Source of the DNA: an uncultured virus (IMG/VR IMGVR_UViG_3300012665_000499)
Taxonomy: Duplodnaviria; Heunggongvirae; Uroviricota; Caudoviricetes
Length of the DNA stretch: 20,000 bases
IMG/VR virus record: IMGVR_UViG_3300012665_000499
Strand: one strand, 5' to 3'
Shown here: positions 16,774-20,000 of the stretch, piece after piece
How positions within the stretch are numbered: the stretch's first letter is position 1
How the letters are laid out: every line of letters begins with the position of its first letter
Made by a program: the position numbers and the translations under genes
The notes under the pieces: generated by a model
The model's input: the letters and a program-made list of their open reading frames with translations, nothing else
Told to the model about the DNA's origin: nothing
Database searches by the model: none

Positions 16774-16846
16774 CCGGGCTTTCCGGTGCATTAGACAGTC
16801 CCGGCTGACGACATACAGACTAATGCGCCTAACTTGTATGTAAGGA
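16774..16846 (+). ncRNA. Putative pseudoknotted cis-regulatory RNA leader
   Basis: Three interleaved helices and a CTGACGA junction ending at the SD of the next gene. Confidence 0.55.
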
Positions 16847-16852
16847 ATTATC

Positions 16853-17272
16853 ATGGCAATTACCACATTTAACGGCCCGGTCAGATCGCAAAATGGATTT
16901 ATCGCTGGTCACCAAGTTGGCACAGCTAACGCGATCAACGCAACCGCAACAGCCACCGCAGCACAAGTTGCAACCGGCTACATCACTTCTACTTCAGCCG
17001 CCGCTACTACCATCACTTTGCCTACAGGCACTTTGTTGGGAACACAATTAGGCGCTGTGCAGGGTACATCTTTGGATTTGTACATTGACAACACCGCTGG
17101 TGCTGATGTCGTTACGATTGCTGTAGCTACAAACGGTATCTTGTCAAGCGCAGCCGCTGACACTGCTGGTAGCTTTGGTGATTTGACTGTTGCTGCTGGC
17201 GCAACCGGTCTTGCTCGTTTCACCATCATGTTCTCCAGTGCAACTGCGTACGTCTTTACCCGTACTGCTTAA
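16853..17272 (+). CDS. Virion structural protein (Ala/Thr-rich)
   Basis: 139 aa, MAITTFNGPVRSQNGF N-terminus, TITLPT motif. Confidence 0.75.
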   Translation: MAITTFNGPVRSQNGFIAGHQVGTANAINATATATAAQVATGYITSTSAAATTITLPTGTLLGTQLGAVQGTSLDLYIDNTAGADVVTIAVATNGILSSAAADTAGSFGDLTVAAGATGLARFTIMFSSATAYVFTRTA

Positions 17273-17315
17273 TTGATCTTGGGGGCTTCGGCCCCCGCAT
17301 TACAGGAGATTGATT

Positions 17316-17804
17316 ATGGTGCAGACAGACGTACAGTCGTATCACAACACAGTTACAGGTGTAGCTGTGCCTTACCGCACTCGCCTCAAGGGTATTGTTT
17401 GTTCTCCGTCATCTTCAAGTACTTTGAACGTGTCTATTTGTGACAACAACCCAAAAACCGGAACTTACAACATTCCGGGCACCACGGTTTGTACGGTTAC
17501 TCTGGCAAATCATGGGTTGGTTGCAGGCAGCAGTCGGGTCGTCCTTAACTTTACCTCCGGCACTGCTGTGCCTGACACGTACCTTGTTCAGACAACCCCT
17601 ACAGCGAATACGTTTACTGTAACTACAGCTACACTGACAACAAGCGGAAACGTAACTGCGTACACTGACCTTTTGATTGAGATTGATGTTGCAACGGCTA
17701 CTGCGTTTTATACGTTAATCCCCGGGGAAGGTGTTTTGGCGACTAACGGCGTATACGTCTTTTTGCCATCCACAACCGTGGCAACAACCATTTTTTACGG
17801 GTAA
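17316..17804 (+). CDS. Virion structural protein, paralog A
   Basis: ATG 17316 after AGGAG; RTRLKG...HGL...IPGEG...FYG. Confidence 0.8.
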   Translation: MVQTDVQSYHNTVTGVAVPYRTRLKGIVCSPSSSSTLNVSICDNNPKTGTYNIPGTTVCTVTLANHGLVAGSSRVVLNFTSGTAVPDTYLVQTTPTANTFTVTTATLTTSGNVTAYTDLLIEIDVATATAFYTLIPGEGVLATNGVYVFLPSTTVATTIFYG

Positions 17805-17810
17805 CGCATC

Positions 17811-18299
17811 ATGGCAATGCAATACGATGTAACGGCTGGCTATGTAACCGGTCCCGGTAAGCTCGTTACAAGCGCTAGAACCCGGCTTAAAGGGTTAACA
17901 GTCACTTCACTTACTGTTTCTGCGCGTAACATGGCTGTGTGTGAGCCAACCACCAAGAAGTCTGGCACTTACAGCCAGTCGCTACTCGTCATAACAGTTA
18001 CCATTGCAGCGCACGGTTTGGTCAATGGACAACGTGTATTTTTGGAAATCCTGACAGGCGCTAGTCGCGCTGGTGTGTACGCAATTACATACATTGATGC
18101 CAACTCATTTTCAGTCGCCGCACTTCCAAGCCAAACAGCGTCGGGCAACGTCAACATGTACCCCGGCCTGATTGTTGAGATTGACACGTTTACTTCGGTT
18201 GGCTTGCCAATCAAAATTCCCGGCGAAGGTATTCTTTGCCCCAACGGGTTTTTTGTTGGGGTAGGCGCATCTGTAACCACATCGGTGTTCTATGGCTAA
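17811..18299 (+). CDS. Virion structural protein, paralog B
   Basis: Same motif order as the preceding gene (RTRLKG...HGL...IPGEG...FYG). Confidence 0.8.
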   Translation: MAMQYDVTAGYVTGPGKLVTSARTRLKGLTVTSLTVSARNMAVCEPTTKKSGTYSQSLLVITVTIAAHGLVNGQRVFLEILTGASRAGVYAITYIDANSFSVAALPSQTASGNVNMYPGLIVEIDTFTSVGLPIKIPGEGILCPNGFFVGVGASVTTSVFYG

Positions 18300-18546
18300 G
18301 AAAAACCCATCCCTTGCAGTAGGTCGCGGTGAGAAGTTGCCGGTCTCTAAGGGGGCTGGGCTGACTGCCAAAGGCAGGGCTAAATACAATGCAGCCACAG
18401 GGTCAAACCTCAAAGCGCCACAGCCCGAAGGTGGGCCGCGCAAGAAGTCATTCTGTGCCCGTATGTCCGGTATGCCCGGTCCGATGAAAGACGAAAAAGG
18501 CAAGCCTACCCGTAAGGCTGCTTCACTAGCAAGATGGAAGTGCTGA
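18292..18546 (+). CDS. DUF6321-like basic protein
   Basis: GLTAKGR...RKKSFCARM...RWKC pattern. Confidence 0.75.
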   Translation: MAKKNPSLAVGRGEKLPVSKGAGLTAKGRAKYNAATGSNLKAPQPEGGPRKKSFCARMSGMPGPMKDEKGKPTRKAASLARWKC

Positions 18547-18547
18547 T

Positions 18548-18793
18548 ATGAACGCCGAAATACAAACCGCAAGGGAACTCGCCACACACGCGGCGGACAT
18601 TGCCCATCTCCAAGAAGACATGGATAAGATGGCTAAAGACATGGCGGAGATAAAAGCTACGCTTAATAGCATCAACACTACACTTGCAGAGGCCAAGGGC
18701 GGCTGGAAAGTGCTCATGATGTTTGGTGGTGCAGGTGGCTTGGTAGGCGCAATGCTGGCCCAGATTATTCACGCAATCCCCGGAGGCAAGTGA
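18548..18793 (+). CDS. Coiled-coil protein with C-terminal membrane anchor
   Basis: 81 aa, heptad region followed by GGWKVLMMFGGAGGLVGAMLAQII. Confidence 0.75.
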   Translation: MNAEIQTARELATHAADIAHLQEDMDKMAKDMAEIKATLNSINTTLAEAKGGWKVLMMFGGAGGLVGAMLAQIIHAIPGGK

Positions 18794-19218
18794 TGCCCTC
18801 CACAAGCAAAAAGCAACACAATTTCATGGCCGCGATAGCCAATTCGCCATCGTTTGCTAAGAAAGTAGGAATCCCACAGTCCGTGGGAAAAGACTTCAGT
18901 AACGCCGATAAAGGCAAGAAATTCTCAAAAGGTGGTGATATGGCTACAAAAAAACTTCCCCCGTTCATGGGTAAAGAGACTAAGGCTGAAGAAGCCAAAG
19001 AAATGAAGATTAAGGCTGTTAGTCCCAAGATGTATCAAAAGGGCGAAAAGGCCGAAGGCATCCACAAGATGGCTAAGGGTGGCATCTCTTCTTCATTGAA
19101 GGCCCATGCAGCAGCACCCGCGTCCAAAGCTCACGCTAGTATGGCTAAAGGCGGCGGCATTGAGACCAAGGGTAAAACCAAAGGTAAACAGATCGTAATG
19201 AAAAAAGGCGGTAAATAA
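18793..19218 (+). CDS. Lys-rich hypothetical protein
   Basis: MPSTSKKQHNFMAA N-terminus, repeated KGG motifs. Confidence 0.8.
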   Translation: MPSTSKKQHNFMAAIANSPSFAKKVGIPQSVGKDFSNADKGKKFSKGGDMATKKLPPFMGKETKAEEAKEMKIKAVSPKMYQKGEKAEGIHKMAKGGISSSLKAHAAAPASKAHASMAKGGGIETKGKTKGKQIVMKKGGK

Positions 19219-19220
19219 TC

Positions 19221-19703
19221 ATGGCTACTAATCCAATCGTCAGCAAAAAAGAGCTAGAAGATTCTGGCTTTACAAACTTACGCGACTACCTCAATGACAA
19301 GCGCGGGCTTACCCGTCGCGGCTCTCCTATGGCCGTCAAACGTGCGGACCCGATTACTGCGGACTCCGAAGCCCGTAACAGCCGTGGTAGCCGTGCTATG
19401 CCGCAAGACATGTCAGACCGCGACGCCTTGGGTAAACAGATGAGCGAATCTGGCACCGACATGGCCATGGCACAGCGCGATTCAGACGCTGTTCCTAAAT
19501 TCCTTCGTGCCGGCGAGTCTGGCAATAGCCGTGGCTCAAGCAAGTATCGCGAAAGCGGACAGGCTATGGTTGATAAGCAAGACCGAGACGCCGCAGAGGT
19601 GCGCCGTGAGGCCCGTATGAAAAAAGGCGGTTCAGTATCGTCAGCTTCCAAACGTGCAGACGGTATCGCCACCAAAGGCAAAACTCGCGGAAAGATGTGC
19701 TAA
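19221..19703 (+). CDS. Hypothetical protein with ADGIAxKGKTRGK C-terminus
   Basis: 160 aa, operon packing. Confidence 0.8.
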   Translation: MATNPIVSKKELEDSGFTNLRDYLNDKRGLTRRGSPMAVKRADPITADSEARNSRGSRAMPQDMSDRDALGKQMSESGTDMAMAQRDSDAVPKFLRAGESGNSRGSSKYRESGQAMVDKQDRDAAEVRREARMKKGGSVSSASKRADGIATKGKTRGKMC

Positions 19704-19705
19704 TC

Positions 19706-19930
19706 ATGGCTGATGTTAAATACCCCAAAGATGTCCCAGTGGACGAGCCTGTGGCCAAGCCAAAGCAGTCAAAGGCTAAGATGTATCCTGACTACACTCC
19801 AGTGGATGAGCCAGTCGTAAAAAAGGCCAAGGGCGGGTCCATCCGTGGCGGCGGTATCGAGTCCCGTGGAAAGACCAAGGGTAAGATGGTCGCTATGTGC
19901 AGCGGTGGTATGACTAAGGGCAAGAAGTGA
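19706..19930 (+). CDS. Lys-rich hypothetical protein
   Basis: ATG 19706; internal YPxxxPVDEPV duplication; GKTKGK C-terminal motif. Confidence 0.75.
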   Translation: MADVKYPKDVPVDEPVAKPKQSKAKMYPDYTPVDEPVVKKAKGGSIRGGGIESRGKTKGKMVAMCSGGMTKGKK

Positions 19931-20000
19931 TTGCCAGTCGCGGCATGGGGGCCATAAACCCCTCCAAGATGCCTAAAGGTGTGAAGAAGGCCCGCCGGGA
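19927..20000 (+). CDS. Partial hypothetical protein (MIASRGMGAINPSKMPK...)
   Basis: GTG overlaps the previous stop; open to the window end. Confidence 0.6.
   Translation, partial: MIASRGMGAINPSKMPKGVKKARR

Noticed and set aside
16774..16846. Canonical hammerhead ribozyme call
   Set aside because: The GAAA core and stem III are absent; kept only as hammerhead-like.
17281..17296. GGGGGC-TTCG-GCCCCC as a terminator
   Set aside because: No U-tract follows; more likely a stabilising UUCG hairpin.
8376..19758. Many minus-strand and out-of-frame ORFs across the late region
   Set aside because: They overlap well-supported plus-strand structural genes and have no motifs or RBSs.

Overview
The window is part of a tailed dsDNA phage genome, probably a podovirus (P22-like portal, GroES-like gene and Mu gpT-like capsid; host probably a proteobacterium, which is an inference). 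Left (1-7860): a leftward early region of small hypothetical genes, a MoxR-type AAA+ ATPase with a DUF2201/vWA metallopeptidase-like partner, a small RHH/HTH-like protein, sigma70 promoters, a boxA element, a ~500-nt structured non-coding stretch and an iteron-rich origin-like region. Right (8158-20000): a rightward morphogenesis operon (TerS candidate, TerL, portal, GroES-like, scaffold, cement, major capsid, minor structural and basic proteins). The most striking unexplained signals are 13 copies of a palindrome (AASTTATA-N4/5-TATAASTT) confined to the early arm, bracketing both the HTH gene and the putative large RNA; absence of GATC from the first 8.5 kb; and a hammerhead-like double-pseudoknot leader after the capsid gene. 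All counts come from manual reading.
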